A DNA stretch of 64,000 nucleotides from Halieaceae bacterium (GTDB taxonomy: Bacteria; Pseudomonadota; Gammaproteobacteria; Pseudomonadales; Halieaceae), in the NCBI GenBank assembly GCA_965601975.1, contig OZ271856.1, positions 2,562,240 through 2,626,239 of the forward strand. Reading direction: 5' to 3'. Both the position numbers and the translations under genes were made by a program. Below are positions 50,565-61,046 of the stretch, piece after piece. The notes under the pieces are model-generated. The model searched no databases. It saw only the letters and a program-made list of their open reading frames with translations, and was not told the DNA's origin. How positions within the stretch are numbered: the stretch's first letter is position 1; every line of letters starts with the position of its first letter.

Positions 50565-52367
50565 TCAAGCGGGTTCCAGCACCTCGACCATCAGCTGCAG
50601 GCGCTCCTCGCCCCGGTAGTAGTTGCAGTCGAGGCGGTAGGCCAGCCGTACGCGCTCGACGCTGTCATCGGGCCAGCGCTTGACGTCGACATTGAAGGCG
50701 ATGGCGTCCAGCAGGGCGTCGGGCGCGGCGGGCAATGCCACCACCAGTTTCAAGTGTTTCTCGCCGACGATGCGCTGGTGCACGAGCTGGAACACGCCGT
50801 CGAACACCGGCTCGGGAAAATGTTGTCCCCAGGGGGCCGCATAGCGCAGCTGGCGCGCCAGGGCCAGTTCCATATCCGGCGCCTGCAGTTCGCCGTCACT
50901 CTCGACAATGGCCTGCAGCTCCACGTCATCGAGCCATTCGCCGACGGTTTCATCGAGTGCGGCTGCGAAGCTGTCCAGGTTGGCCCGCGGCAGGGACAGA
51001 CCCGCCGCCATGGCATGGCCGCCGAACTTGCTGATCAGCCCGGGATGCCGGCTCGCGACCCGGTCCAGGGCGTCGCGGATATGCAACCCAGGGATGGAGC
51101 GCGCCGAGCCCTTGATAGTCTCGTCATCGCTGTCGGCGAAGGCAATCACGGGGCGGTGCAGTTTTTCTTTCACCCGGGACGCAAGAATGCCCACGACCCC
51201 CTGGTGCCAGCCGGGCTGGTAGAGGCAGATACTGGCAGGCGGTTCGCCCCCCTGCCCTACCTCCAGCGATGCCAGCGCCCGGGCGGCCTCTTCCTGCATT
51301 CCCTGCTCGATGTGCTGGCGATCCCGGTTCAGGGTATCGAGGCGCGCCGCCACGCCGCCGGCGGTGACGTCATCCCCAGCCAGCAGACAGCTGATACCGA
51401 TGGCCATGTCGTCCAGGCGTCCCGCCGCGTTCAGCCGCGGTGCAACCGCATAGGACAGGTCCGAGGCCACGACCCGGTGCAGGGTGCGACCCGCCACGTC
51501 CAGCAGCGCCCGGATCCCGGGCCGCGTGTGCCCGGCGCGCATTCGCAGCAGGCCCTGCTGGACCAGGATACGGTTGTTGCGATCCAGCGGCACCACATCC
51601 GCCACGGTGCCCAGCGCCACCAGGTCGAGCACACTGGCCAGCGACGGCGGCTCCAGGCCTCTTTGCTCGAACCAGCCCCGCTGCTTCAATTCCCGGCGCA
51701 GGGCCGACAGCACGTAGAAGATCACCCCCACCCCGGCCAGCGACTTGCTGGGAAACTCGCAGCCGGGCTGGTTGGGATTGACGATCACATCGGCCTCGGG
51801 CAACTGGTCCCCGGGCAGGTGGTGATCGGTCACCAGGGTGCGCATACCCAGTTCCCGGGCGCGAGCCACACCCTCGAGACTGGAAATCCCGTTGTCGACG
51901 GTGACGATGACACCCGGTTCACGCTCTCTTGCCAGTTCCACGATCTCCGGCGTGAGGCCGTAGCCGAACTCGAAGCGGTTGGGGACCAGGTAATCCACGG
52001 CCGCGGCGCCCATGGCCTGCAGCAGGCACATGCCCACCGCGATACTGGTGGCGCCGTCGGCATCGAAATCGCCGACGATCAGGATGCGATCGCCCGCCTC
52101 CATGGCGTCGGCCAGCAGTGTGGCGGCGGCATCGAGACCGAGAAACCCGGTCGGTGGCAGCAGCTTGTCCAGGCCGTGGACCAGGTCCTGGGAATCCTCG
52201 AGGCCGCGGGAGGCAAACACCCGGCTCAGCACCGGGTGCAGGTCGGGCGCTTCGAGAATCGAATCGGGTTCGGGTCGGCGACGGATTTCCACGTCAGCCT
52301 GCTCAGGCCGAAAGATTGTCCGCCATGTAGCGCTGCACGGCATCGAGATCGTTGGGCAGCACGTCAA
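50565..52367 (-). CDS. recJ: Single-stranded-DNA-specific 5'-3' exonuclease RecJ
   Basis: DHH (ILIVGDFDADGATS..DHH) plus DHHA1 and OB domains. Real start probably internal (GTG) to the track ORF. Confidence 0.9.
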   Translation of the reverse strand: MTCCPTISMPCSATWRTIFRPEQADVEIRRRPEPDSILEAPDLHPVLSRVFASRGLEDSQDLVHGLDKLLPPTGFLGLDAAATLLADAMEAGDRILIVGDFDADGATSIAVGMCLLQAMGAAAVDYLVPNRFEFGYGLTPEIVELAREREPGVIVTVDNGISSLEGVARARELGMRTLVTDHHLPGDQLPEADVIVNPNQPGCEFPSKSLAGVGVIFYVLSALRRELKQRGWFEQRGLEPPSLASVLDLVALGTVADVVPLDRNNRILVQQGLLRMRAGHTRPGIRALLDVAGRTLHRVVASDLSYAVAPRLNAAGRLDDMAIGISCLLAGDDVTAGGVAARLDTLNRDRQHIEQGMQEEAARALASLEVGQGGEPPASICLYQPGWHQGVVGILASRVKEKLHRPVIAFADSDDETIKGSARSIPGLHIRDALDRVASRHPGLISKFGGHAMAAGLSLPRANLDSFAAALDETVGEWLDDVELQAIVESDGELQAPDMELALARQLRYAAPWGQHFPEPVFDGVFQLVHQRIVGEKHLKLVVALPAAPDALLDAIAFNVDVKRWPDDSVERVRLAYRLDCNYYRGEERLQLMVEVLEPA

Positions 52368-53700
52368 AGCGCTCTTCCCGTTCGAACAGGTCTGCCATAT
52401 GCGCCGGCAGCGCGGGCTCGATGGCCAGCCCCGCCTGGGCGATGGCCGCGGGGAATTTCGCTGGATGTGCCGTCGCGAGTGTCACCATGGGCTCGGCGGC
52501 ATCGCGTCGACAGTCCAGGGCAGCGCGGTAGCCAATCGCGGAATGAGGATCCAGCAGGTATTCGCTGTCGCGATAGACGCCGGCAATCATCTCGCAGGTG
52601 GCCGCATCATCCACGCACTGGCTGGAAAACAGGGTGCCAAGACGCTCCATGGCGTCCGGGCTCAGGGAAATATCCCGGTCGTTGAACTGCTGCATGAGGT
52701 CCGCGATAGCGGCGCCGTCCCGCCCATAGAGATCGAACATCAGTCGCTCGAAGTTGCTCGACACCGTGATATCCATACTGGGAGACAGGGTCTGGTGCAA
52801 TTCGGTCCTGGAGTAGGCTCCGGTGGTCAGTATGCGGTGCAACACGTCATTGCGGTTGGTGGCGATGACCAGCTGATTCACCGGCAGGCCCATGTTGCGC
52901 GCCAGGTAGCCGGCGAAGATATCCCCGAAATTGCCCGTGGGTACGGAGAAGTTCACCGCGCGCTGTGGCGCACCCAGGGCCAGGGCCGCGTAAAAGTAAT
53001 ACACGATCTGCGCCATGATGCGCGCCCAGTTGATGGAGTTCACCGCCACCAGGCTGCGGCCCTCGGGCAGGAAGCCCTGGTCCGCAAACGACGCCTTGAC
53101 CGCCGCCTGGCAGTCATCGAAGTTGCCTTCGAGGGCGATGTTGTGAATGGTGTCGCCGGGCACCGTAGTCATCTGCCGGCGCTGCACCTCGGAGACACGC
53201 TGGTGCGGGTGCAGGATATAGATGTCGATATTGCTGCAGCGGCGGCAGCCCTCGATGGCGGCGGAACCGGTATCGCCGGAGGTCGCCCCCATGATCACCA
53301 CCTTGCGATGCTGCCGTTCCAGCACGTAGTCCAGCAGCCGCCCCAGCAGCTGCAGGGCGAAATCCTTGAAGGCCAGGGTCGGGCCGTGAAACAGTTCCAG
53401 CACCCAGTGATTCGGCCCCAGCTGTACCATCGGCGCCACCGCGCCGTGCCGGAATACCCCGTAGCACTCGTGCACCATGGCCTCGAGGTCGTCCCGCGGC
53501 ACGCAGTCGCCAATGAACGGCTGCATGATTTCCAGCGCCAGGGTCGGGTAGTCCATGTCGCGCATGGCGGCGATGTCGCTTTCCGAAAACTGCGGCAGGG
53601 ATTCCGGCACATAGAGGCCGCCGTCTTCCGCCAGCCCCGCCAGCAGGACCTGCTCGAAATCCAGGGTCGGCGCTGCGCCTCGGGTGCTTACGTATTTCAT
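52303..53700 (-). CDS. thrC: Threonine synthase (long form)
   Basis: PLP-lysine motif FHGPTLAFKD. Full length. Confidence 0.95.
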   Translation of the reverse strand: MKYVSTRGAAPTLDFEQVLLAGLAEDGGLYVPESLPQFSESDIAAMRDMDYPTLALEIMQPFIGDCVPRDDLEAMVHECYGVFRHGAVAPMVQLGPNHWVLELFHGPTLAFKDFALQLLGRLLDYVLERQHRKVVIMGATSGDTGSAAIEGCRRCSNIDIYILHPHQRVSEVQRRQMTTVPGDTIHNIALEGNFDDCQAAVKASFADQGFLPEGRSLVAVNSINWARIMAQIVYYFYAALALGAPQRAVNFSVPTGNFGDIFAGYLARNMGLPVNQLVIATNRNDVLHRILTTGAYSRTELHQTLSPSMDITVSSNFERLMFDLYGRDGAAIADLMQQFNDRDISLSPDAMERLGTLFSSQCVDDAATCEMIAGVYRDSEYLLDPHSAIGYRAALDCRRDAAEPMVTLATAHPAKFPAAIAQAGLAIEPALPAHMADLFEREERFDVLPNDLDAVQRYMADNLSA

Positions 53701-55004
53701 CCGTCCAGGGTTTCCACGCGAATGCGGGTGATCTGGCCTTCGATGCTGTCCAGCGCCTCGATCTCGGCAGCGACCTGGTTGAGCTCGCCCTCGCGGGTGC
53801 GGTTGGTCAGGATGATAACCGGCACCCGGGTCTCCCCTTCTGCCGGCTCCTTCTGGATCAGCGCCTCGATGCTGACACCGGCGCGGCTGCAGATGCTGGC
53901 CACGTCCGACAGTACGCCGGGCTTGTCTTCCGCGGTCATGCGTAGATACCAGGCCGTTTCCACGTCGTCCATGTGCAGGATAGGCTGCAGGGCTACGGCC
54001 TCGCTGCGGACCCCGAGTTCGGCGACCGCGGGCTTCTGGCCCAGGGCCAGGTTGCGGCCCAGGTCAACGATATCCGCCACCACCGCCGAGGCGGTCGGGC
54101 TGGCGCCGGCGCCGGCGCCGTAATACAGGGTGGGCCCCACAGCGTCGCCCTCTACCAGCACCGCGTTCTTGACGCCGTTGACGTTGGCCAGCAGGCGCTT
54201 TTCCGGGATCAGCGTGGGGTGAACGCGCATCTCGATGCCCAGCTCGTTGCGCCGGGCGATGCCCAGGTGCTTGATGCGATAGCCCAGCTCTTCGGCGTAG
54301 TCCACATCGACGGTCTCGATGGTCGAGATGCCCTCGGTGAACACCTTGTCGAACTCCAGCGGCATGCCAAAGGCGATCGCCGCGAGTATGACGAGTTTAT
54401 GCGCCGCATCTATGCCCTCGACATCGAAGGTCGGATCGGCTTCCGCGTAGCCAAGCGCCTGGGCTTCCGCCAGCACATCGGAAAACTCGCGGCCCTTCTC
54501 GCGCATTTCGCTGAGAATATAGTTGCCTGTGCCGTTGATGATGCCCGCCAGCCACTGTACGCGGTTGGCCGTGAGACCTTCGCGCAGTGCCTTGATGATC
54601 GGGATTCCACCGGCCACGGCCGCCTCGTAACAGATGCTGACCCCGGCGGCGTGCGCTTCCTCAAACAGCTCGTTGCCAAACTCGGCGATGAGCGCCTTGT
54701 TGGCGGTGACCACGTGCTTGCCGTTGGCAATCGCCCTGCGCACCAGTTCCAGGGCCGTGTCGGTGCCGCCGATCAGCTCTACCAGGATATCGATGTCCGG
54801 GTCGTCGGCGACCTCGAAGATATCGCGGCTCACCGGGACCTTGCCGGTGGGACAGTCCGGCTTGTCGCTGCGAGCGCCCACCCGGCCCACATCAATGTGG
54901 CAACCCGCCCGGTCGGCGATATCCGGGGCGTTGGCAGACAGCAGCTTGAAGGTGCCCGCACCGACGGTACCGAGACCGCAAATCCCCACCTTCACCGTCT
55001 TCAT
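53697..55004 (-). CDS. hom: Homoserine dehydrogenase (with C-terminal ACT)
   Basis: NAD-binding GLGTVG, catalytic domain, ACT. hom-thrC overlap. Confidence 0.95.
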   Translation of the reverse strand: MKTVKVGICGLGTVGAGTFKLLSANAPDIADRAGCHIDVGRVGARSDKPDCPTGKVPVSRDIFEVADDPDIDILVELIGGTDTALELVRRAIANGKHVVTANKALIAEFGNELFEEAHAAGVSICYEAAVAGGIPIIKALREGLTANRVQWLAGIINGTGNYILSEMREKGREFSDVLAEAQALGYAEADPTFDVEGIDAAHKLVILAAIAFGMPLEFDKVFTEGISTIETVDVDYAEELGYRIKHLGIARRNELGIEMRVHPTLIPEKRLLANVNGVKNAVLVEGDAVGPTLYYGAGAGASPTASAVVADIVDLGRNLALGQKPAVAELGVRSEAVALQPILHMDDVETAWYLRMTAEDKPGVLSDVASICSRAGVSIEALIQKEPAEGETRVPVIILTNRTREGELNQVAAEIEALDSIEGQITRIRVETLDG

Positions 55005-56191
55005 GAGGCGAAACCGTCGTTGCGAATCATGCGTTTTATATTCCTTATTGCCTGGCGGGTGCGGTGCTCGTTCTCGATCAGGCCGAAGCGCACGTAACCC
55101 TCACCATATTCACCGAAACCCACCCCGGGTGACACTGCCACCTTGGCCTCGGTCAGCAACTTCTTGCTGAATTCGATGGAGCCCATCTCGCGATAGAACT
55201 CGGGAATCTGCGCCCAGACGAACATGGTCGCCCTGGGCGGCTCCACCGGCCACCCCGCCGCGGTCAGGCCGGAGCACAGCACATCGCGCCGGCCCTGGTA
55301 GAGATCGCGAATTTCACTGACACAGGACTGGTCGCCTTCCAGCGCTGAAATAGCCGCGACCTGCACCGGCGTGAACATGCCGTAATCCAGGTAGGACTTG
55401 ATGCGCGCCAGCGCGCCGACCAGCTCCGGGTTGCCGCAGCAGAACCCGACCCGCCAGCCGGGCATGTTGTAGCTCTTGGACAGTGAGAAAAACTCCACCG
55501 CCACGTCCTTGGCGCCGGGCACCTGCAGGATGGACGGCGCCTCGTAGCCGTCAAAGCACAGGTCCGCGTAGGCGAGGTCCTGCACCACCCAGATGTTGTA
55601 CTCCCGGGCGATGGCCACCACCTTCTCGAAGAATTCCAGCTCCACGCAATGGGTGGTGGGATTGCTGGGGAAATTGAGCACCAGCATCTTGGGCGTCGGC
55701 CAGCTGTTGTGGATCGCGCTTTCCAGCTCCTGGAAAAACGTGCCGTCGCCGCGCATGGGCACGTGGCGGATATCTGCCCCGGAAATGACGAAGCCGTAGG
55801 GGTGTATCGGGTAGGAAGGGTTCGGCACCAGGATGCTGTCCCCGGGCCCCGTGGTGGCCAGCGCCAGGTGCGCCAATCCCTCCTTGGAACCCAGGGTGAC
55901 GATGGCCTCGGTTTCCGTATCCAGCTCGACATCGAAGCGGCGCTTGTACCACTCGCAGATGGCCCGGCGCAGCCGCGGGATGCCCTTGGACTGGGAGTAG
56001 CGATGGGTGTCACCGCGCTGGGCGGTTTCCGTGAGCTTTTCGACGATGTGCGCCGGCGTCGGCTGGTCCGGATTCCCCATGCCAAAATCGATGACATCCT
56101 CGCCGGCCGCCCTGGCCTGCTGCTTGAGGTCACCGATAATGTTGAAAACGTAGGGAGGAAGGCGCTCGATGCGCTGAAATTGCTGTTCCAC
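55001..56191 (-). CDS. PLP-dependent aminotransferase, class I/II (AlaC/aspartate aminotransferase-like)
   Basis: PLP-lysine region [14 protein letters not shown]. Overlaps the hom start. Confidence 0.85.
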   Translation of the reverse strand: MEQQFQRIERLPPYVFNIIGDLKQQARAAGEDVIDFGMGNPDQPTPAHIVEKLTETAQRGDTHRYSQSKGIPRLRRAICEWYKRRFDVELDTETEAIVTLGSKEGLAHLALATTGPGDSILVPNPSYPIHPYGFVISGADIRHVPMRGDGTFFQELESAIHNSWPTPKMLVLNFPSNPTTHCVELEFFEKVVAIAREYNIWVVQDLAYADLCFDGYEAPSILQVPGAKDVAVEFFSLSKSYNMPGWRVGFCCGNPELVGALARIKSYLDYGMFTPVQVAAISALEGDQSCVSEIRDLYQGRRDVLCSGLTAAGWPVEPPRATMFVWAQIPEFYREMGSIEFSKKLLTEAKVAVSPGVGFGEYGEGYVRFGLIENEHRTRQAIRNIKRMIRNDGFAS

Positions 56192-56279
56192 GGCGAGTCG
56201 ACTGCGTGACTAAGCGGGCCACATTACTGAGGCAGCCCGCCCCTGTCAACGCGAGGAATACCGCGGCCTGGAGCGCCGC

Positions 56280-57029
56280 TTAGTTGGCAGCGATACCGAG
56301 GCGCTGAGCCAGGTCTTGTGCGCTCAGGTAGCCGGGCAAGATTCTCCCATCCTCCAGGACCAGTGCTGGGGTACCGTTCACACCGGCCTGCTGGCCCAGC
56401 ATGAACTGGTCGGCGACCGGGTTACCCGGGCACACGTTCTCGGGGATCTCCTTGCGCTGCTTGAGTCGGGTGATGGCAACCTGGGGGTTCTCCGCGCACC
56501 AGGCGCTGGCGATTTTGCGGTAGGACTCACTGCCCACGCCCGCACGGGGATAGGCCAGGTAACGCACCTCGATGCCCGCCTGGTTCATCGCAGGTACCTC
56601 GTTGTGAAGCTTCTGGCAGTAGTAGCAGTCCACGTCGGTGAATACCGTGACGCTCGCCCGGGTCTCGCCCTCCGGCGAGAAGATGATCATGTCCTTGCGC
56701 GGGATCCTGGCCATCAGTTCCTTGCGGTCCATGTCCCGCTGCTGCTCGGCCAGGTTGACGATACCGTCCATGTTCACGGCGTACAGGTCGCCCGCCACGA
56801 AGAAGTCGCCATCTTCCGTAGCGTAGAGCATGGGGCCCGCCTTGATTTGCACTTCGTACAGTCCGGGCGCAACGCTGGCGCGGACTGACTCAACTGTCAG
56901 GTCCGGCCGGGCCTTGTTCAGCTTGGCCGCAATGACCGACTCGGGGCTGTCCTGGGCGCCAACGTGGCCTGCCATCAGCAGGGTCAGCAAGCAGCTTGCA
57001 ATCCATCGTCCCAGGGATGTGATATTCAT
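56280..57029 (-). CDS. dsbC: Thiol:disulfide interchange protein DsbC
   Basis: Signal peptide, dimerisation domain, thioredoxin fold with CYYC active site. Start at internal Met of the track ORF. Confidence 0.8.
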   Translation of the reverse strand: MNITSLGRWIASCLLTLLMAGHVGAQDSPESVIAAKLNKARPDLTVESVRASVAPGLYEVQIKAGPMLYATEDGDFFVAGDLYAVNMDGIVNLAEQQRDMDRKELMARIPRKDMIIFSPEGETRASVTVFTDVDCYYCQKLHNEVPAMNQAGIEVRYLAYPRAGVGSESYRKIASAWCAENPQVAITRLKQRKEIPENVCPGNPVADQFMLGQQAGVNGTPALVLEDGRILPGYLSAQDLAQRLGIAAN

Positions 57030-57090
57030 GGTTTCTCTCCAGTTTACTGGCCTCCAAACCGCTTGGAGCCCTTTTGTCCCCGCGAGTTCC

Positions 57091-57936
57091 CTAACCCCGG
57101 GGATGGTGTGTGGCATGCAGTTCCTTCATCCGTTCCCGCGCCACGTGGGTATAGATCTGCGTGGTAGTCAGGTCGCTGTGCCCCAGCAACAGCTGCACGA
57201 CGCGCAGGTCCGCCCCGTGATTCAGCAGGTGCGTGGCAAACGCATGCCGCAGCGTATGCGGCGACAGGCTCGACCGGATGCCCGCCCGATCCGCATACAG
57301 CTTGATACGATACCAGAAAGCCTGGCGTGTCATGGGGCCGCTGCGCCGATTTATGAACACTGTCTCACTGGTTCGGGTTCCCAGCAGTTCCCGGCGGGCA
57401 CCGCTCAGGTAGCGCTGAAGCCAGTGCAGCGCCTCTTCCCCCATCGGCACCAGGCGCTCTTTGCCACCCTTGCCGACAATGCGCACCACGCCCTGGTTCA
57501 ATCCCAGCTGGGAAATCTGCAGGGTGACCAGCTCACTGACCCTTAGCCCGCAGGCATAAAGCAGCTCCAGCATGGTCCGATCACGGAATTCTATCGGCTT
57601 GTCCAGCTCGGGGGCGGCCAGCAGTGCATCCACTTCCGCCTCACTGAGCGACTTCGGCAGCGGTCGCCCGAGTTTCGGGCTGTCCACGTCCAGGCTGGGA
57701 TCTTCGCTGATACGGCCCTCGCGCAGCTGGTAGCGGAAGAAGCCGCGCACGCAGGACAGGAAGCGCGCGGTCGAGCGCGGGGAACGCTGCTGCTGGTGGC
57801 GCCAGCCCAGGTAGTCCATCAGATCGGTCTTGCCGGACTCCATCAGCACGGTGGATCGCTTGCCCAGCCAGTCGGCGTAGTGGGCCAGGTCGCGCCGGTA
57901 GGACGCCAGCGTATTGTCCGCGAGCCCTTTCTCCAT
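57091..57936 (-). CDS. xerD: Tyrosine recombinase XerD (annotated from first ATG; conserved N-terminal helix lies upstream in frame)
   Basis: R..HxxR..Y catalytic residues (..LRHAFATHLL..LLGHSDLTTTQIYTHV). Conserved xerD-dsbC-recJ neighbourhood. Confidence 0.9.
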   Translation of the reverse strand: MEKGLADNTLASYRRDLAHYADWLGKRSTVLMESGKTDLMDYLGWRHQQQRSPRSTARFLSCVRGFFRYQLREGRISEDPSLDVDSPKLGRPLPKSLSEAEVDALLAAPELDKPIEFRDRTMLELLYACGLRVSELVTLQISQLGLNQGVVRIVGKGGKERLVPMGEEALHWLQRYLSGARRELLGTRTSETVFINRRSGPMTRQAFWYRIKLYADRAGIRSSLSPHTLRHAFATHLLNHGADLRVVQLLLGHSDLTTTQIYTHVARERMKELHATHHPRG

Positions 57937-58078
57937 CCACAGGGCGTCGAGGTACTGTTCGATTTCCGGATAGCTAATGGTGCGCGCTCTCGTTGGTCTT
58001 CGGCCGATGGTACGCGTTCTATCCGCAAATTACAGACTCACCGCGGATTGGATTCGCTCCGTAGGACGGGCGCGATCA

Positions 58079-58176
58079 GGACATAGGCCTTCTCGGACAC
58101 GCTAAAAGCGTGACATCCCTGTCGCGCTCGGCAACGGCCGTCCCTGGCCGTTGACGGTCCGAGAAGGCCTATGTCC
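58079..58176. repeat. ~98-nt nested palindromic element (outer 20-bp perfect stem ggacataggccttctcggac/gtccgagaaggcctatgtcc; inner hairpin aacggcc-gtccct-ggccgtt)
   Basis: Read directly from the sequence. Lies in the 530-bp xerD-rplS spacer. Confidence 0.55.
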
Positions 58177-58249
58177 AGCTCACACCCTCTTCCAGCGTGA
58201 ATTTCCGGCATGCAGGAATCGAAGATCGTTTGAAGGAATTGGTACTTAG

Positions 58250-58372
58250 GGAGCGCGCGTGGTGCCCGGGGTTCTTCCGGGACCGTCTGCGGCCAGGGAT
58301 GGCCGCAGTCGAGCGAGCCATGGACGGCATGCTTTTAGCGCGTCCCGGAAGAACCCCGGGCGCCGCGCGCGC
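58250..58372. repeat. Second copy of the same element family, inverted orientation (~75% identical to the reverse complement of the first)
   Basis: Outer stem gcccggggttcttccgggac/gtcccggaagaaccccgggc. Inner hairpin ctgcggcc-agggat-ggccgcag. Interior motif gcttttagc versus gctaaaagc in copy 1. Confidence 0.5.
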
Positions 58373-58468
58373 GGGTTCAGCGCGACTCCATACACAACAT
58401 TCCTGCGAATGCGCAAATCACGCAAAAAAAAGGGGCGACAGTGTCGCCCCTCCGGTATCGCGAGTCTG

Positions 58469-58828
58469 TTACTTGGCGAGCTTTTCCTTGATGCGAGCCG
58501 CCTTGCCGGACAGTTCGCGCAGGTAGTACAGCTTGGCCTGGCGCACGTCGCCGCGGCGCTTGACGGAAATGCTGTCCACCAGCGGGCTGTAGGTCTGGAA
58601 GGTACGCTCCACGCCGATGCCGTGAGAGATCTTGCGCACGGTGAAGGCGGAGTTGAGGCCGCGGTTGCGCTTGCCGATCACCACGCCTTCGAAGGCCTGC
58701 AGACGCTCGCGGTTGCCTTCCTTTACCTTCACCTGCACGACCACGGTGTCACCCGGGCCAAACTCAGGCACTTCCTTTTCCATCTGTTCCGCTTCGATCT
58801 GCGAAATGATGCTGTTCTTGCTGCTCAT
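58469..58828 (-). CDS. rplS: 50S ribosomal protein L19
   Basis: Full-length L19. Start at internal Met ([12 protein letters not shown]..). Confidence 0.95.
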   Translation of the reverse strand: MSSKNSIISQIEAEQMEKEVPEFGPGDTVVVQVKVKEGNRERLQAFEGVVIGKRNRGLNSAFTVRKISHGIGVERTFQTYSPLVDSISVKRRGDVRQAKLYYLRELSGKAARIKEKLAK

Positions 58829-58876
58829 TGCTGAACTCCTGTAGTACGCGGTGGCCTTAGGCCCCTCAATCAAAAT

Positions 58877-59653
58877 CTATTGCGCCCCTTCCGGGCCCTG
58901 ACTGTCTTCGCTGTCAGCGCGAAGCTCCGCCAGCAATTCCTGTTCTTCCGGCGACAGCGGCCGGGCCTCCAACAGCTCCGGGCGCCGCGCCAGTGTGCGC
59001 GCCAGGGACTGCTTCAGGCGCCAGCGGCGAATCATCTCGTGATTCCCGCTGAGTAACACGTCCGGTACCCGCCGGCCCCGGTACTCCTCGGGCCGCGTGT
59101 AGTGCGGGCAGTCCAGCAGGCCTTCCGCGAAGGAGTCCTGCTGGGCAGACAACTCGTGCCCCAGCACACCGGGCAGCTGGCGGCAGACCGCGTCCACCAG
59201 CACCATAGCGGCGAGCTCGCCGCCGCTCAGCACGTAATCGCCGATGGACACTTCCTCGTCCACCTCGGCCTCGATCACGCGCTCATCGATACCCTCGTAG
59301 CGCCCCGCCACCAGCAGCAGCTGGTCCAATCCGGCGAGTTCCTGCACCAACGCGTGATCCAGGCGCCGCCCCTGGGGCGACAGGTAGATCACGCGGCGAC
59401 CGGCGGCGCCGGGTTCCCCCAGCTGCGCCCTCGCGTTGTCCAGGGCCGCTTCCAGTGTTTCCACCTTCATCAGCATGCCCGGGCCACCGCCGTAGGGCCG
59501 GTCGTCCACGGTGCCGTGCCGGTCCGTGGCGTAATCCCGGGGGTTGCTCAGGAACAGCTCCAACTGCCCCTGCTGCACCGCCCGGCCGGTCACCCCGTAA
59601 TCGGTGACCGCGGCAAACATCTCCGGGAACAGGCTGACGAGCGCCACGCGCAT
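58877..59653 (-). CDS. trmD: tRNA (guanine37-N1)-methyltransferase TrmD
   Basis: SPOUT knot motifs, full length. Confidence 0.95.
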   Translation of the reverse strand: MRVALVSLFPEMFAAVTDYGVTGRAVQQGQLELFLSNPRDYATDRHGTVDDRPYGGGPGMLMKVETLEAALDNARAQLGEPGAAGRRVIYLSPQGRRLDHALVQELAGLDQLLLVAGRYEGIDERVIEAEVDEEVSIGDYVLSGGELAAMVLVDAVCRQLPGVLGHELSAQQDSFAEGLLDCPHYTRPEEYRGRRVPDVLLSGNHEMIRRWRLKQSLARTLARRPELLEARPLSPEEQELLAELRADSEDSQGPEGAQ

Positions 59654-59656
59654 CGC

Positions 59657-60190
59657 CTAGAACTCCGGGTCCCAGTCCACGTCGATGGTCCCCTTGTCGA
59701 GATCCACCGCGAGGATGACCTGTCCCATCACCCAGGGCACCAGCCGCTCCCGCGAATCGATGCTGCCCCCGGTGGGCTTGATCACCAGCACGTCGTTGGC
59801 GCCGGTCTCGATCAGGTGATCGACCTGTCCGAGGCACTGGCCGCCCGCCATTACGGTCAGGCCTTCCAACTGGTGCCAGTAGTATTCATCCTGTGCCAGC
59901 GACGGCAGTTGCTCGCGCGGCACAGCGATTTCGCATCCTTTCAGCAGCTCTGCATCATCCCGGGAATCCACCCCGTGGATGTGGGCAATCAACCCTTTGC
60001 CGTGCTGCTTTCCCGTGTCGATCTCAATGGGCTGCCACTGGTCTCGACGCTGGATTTTCAGATCCCGGTAGCCGAACAGGTTCTCTGCCGGCTCCGTGAA
60101 TGAGTGCACCCTGATCCACCCCTTGATCCCGTACACGCCGCTGACGCGGCCGATAACGAGCAGGTCTTCAGAGGCCAGGCTGTCACTCAA
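59657..60190 (-). CDS. rimM: Ribosome maturation factor RimM
   Basis: RimM N-terminal domain plus PRC barrel. rpsP-rimM-trmD-rplS operon. Confidence 0.9.
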   Translation of the reverse strand: MSDSLASEDLLVIGRVSGVYGIKGWIRVHSFTEPAENLFGYRDLKIQRRDQWQPIEIDTGKQHGKGLIAHIHGVDSRDDAELLKGCEIAVPREQLPSLAQDEYYWHQLEGLTVMAGGQCLGQVDHLIETGANDVLVIKPTGGSIDSRERLVPWVMGQVILAVDLDKGTIDVDWDPEF

Positions 60191-60211
60191 CAGTCACAGT
60201 CCCGGCGGGGA

Positions 60212-60469
60212 TCAGGCGGCTGCCTGTTCCTTGCGGGCCTGCTTGACCAGGGAGGCGACGCGGTCGCTCAGCTGCGCACCCTGGGATACCCAGTAATCGA
60301 TGCGCTCATTGTCGACGCGAAGACGCTCTTCCTGACCGCGGGCGATCGGGTTGAAGAAGCCGACGCGCTCGATGAAACGACCGTTGCGCGCGCGGCGGCT
60401 GTCGCTAACAGTCAGGTGGAAAAACGGGCGCTTCTTGGACCCACCACGGGCCAGACGAATAGTTACCAT
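60212..60469 (-). CDS. rpsP: 30S ribosomal protein S16
   Basis: [17 protein letters not shown].. Confidence 0.95.
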   Translation of the reverse strand: MVTIRLARGGSKKRPFFHLTVSDSRRARNGRFIERVGFFNPIARGQEERLRVDNERIDYWVSQGAQLSDRVASLVKQARKEQAAA

Positions 60470-60672
60470 TGCTTACAAAAATCCCTCATTGTGGCGGCTC
60501 CTGCGGCGAAAATGCCGCGATTGTGTCGATAACAGCCTGAAAGCCGTCCGCACTGGAACCGCCGGGTTCCCGAAAAGGCGCGTATTCTACGTGATTGGGT
60601 CGGGCAATGAAAGGCCTCTTTCCAGAAAATTTCTAGCCTTATTAGGCACTTAGTTTAGGCATCGTCGGTCTG

Positions 60673-60756
60673 GATCGAGGGGGGCTTCCCAGCGTGGGCG
60701 CTGGTTTTCCGCAGGCGAAAAACCCACCCACGCTGGGAAGCCCTCACGATCGAGCT
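60673..60756. repeat. ~85-nt nested palindromic element (stem gggcttcccagcgtggg/cccacgctgggaagccc around inner ggttttccgc-agg-cgaaaaacc hairpin) in the ffh-rpsP spacer
   Basis: Read directly from the sequence. Confidence 0.5.
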
Positions 60757-60940
60757 GGATACCCGTTCAGTGCCAATTGCTGATGTTGTTGAAATCCAGC
60801 GGTCGGCGCTTCAATGCCAGCGAGCCCCGGCGTCGGCGCGCGTAGCGCGCCTATCCCCAATGTAAGCGGATGGCGCACCTTACCTGACCGAGGCGTAGGA
60901 TTCTGAGGCGTCGTTGAGGCTACAGCGCCGGCTTCAGCGC

Positions 60941-61020
60941 GATCGTGAGGAAGGTGAACAGGTGGTGGGTTTTTCGCTTGCGGAAAACCAGCGCCACCTG
61001 GTCGCCTTCCCCCTCGATAT
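60941..61020. repeat. Degenerate inverted copy of the 60673-60756 element (gatcgtgagg..ggtttttcgc-ttg-cggaaaacc..ccccctcgat)
   Basis: Core ggtttttcgcttgcggaaaacc is the reverse complement of the first copy core with 1 mismatch. Flanks also align. Confidence 0.4.
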
Positions 61021-61046
61021 CTGTCTTCAGCAGGCTCGCTCGAAGC

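Noticed and set aside
55-54123. Many long + strand ORFs: 55..744, 813..1571, 6762..7829, 14273..15385, 16139..17041, 18776..20047, 21625..22815, 24853..26493, 26629..27636, 27748..28731, 31605..32816, 32960..33871, 49944..52685 (913 aa) and 52012..54123 (703 aa).
   Set aside because: All lie antisense to well-supported minus-strand genes. They have low-complexity Arg/Ala/Gly/Pro-rich translations typical of high-GC antisense frames. They have no recognisable domains.
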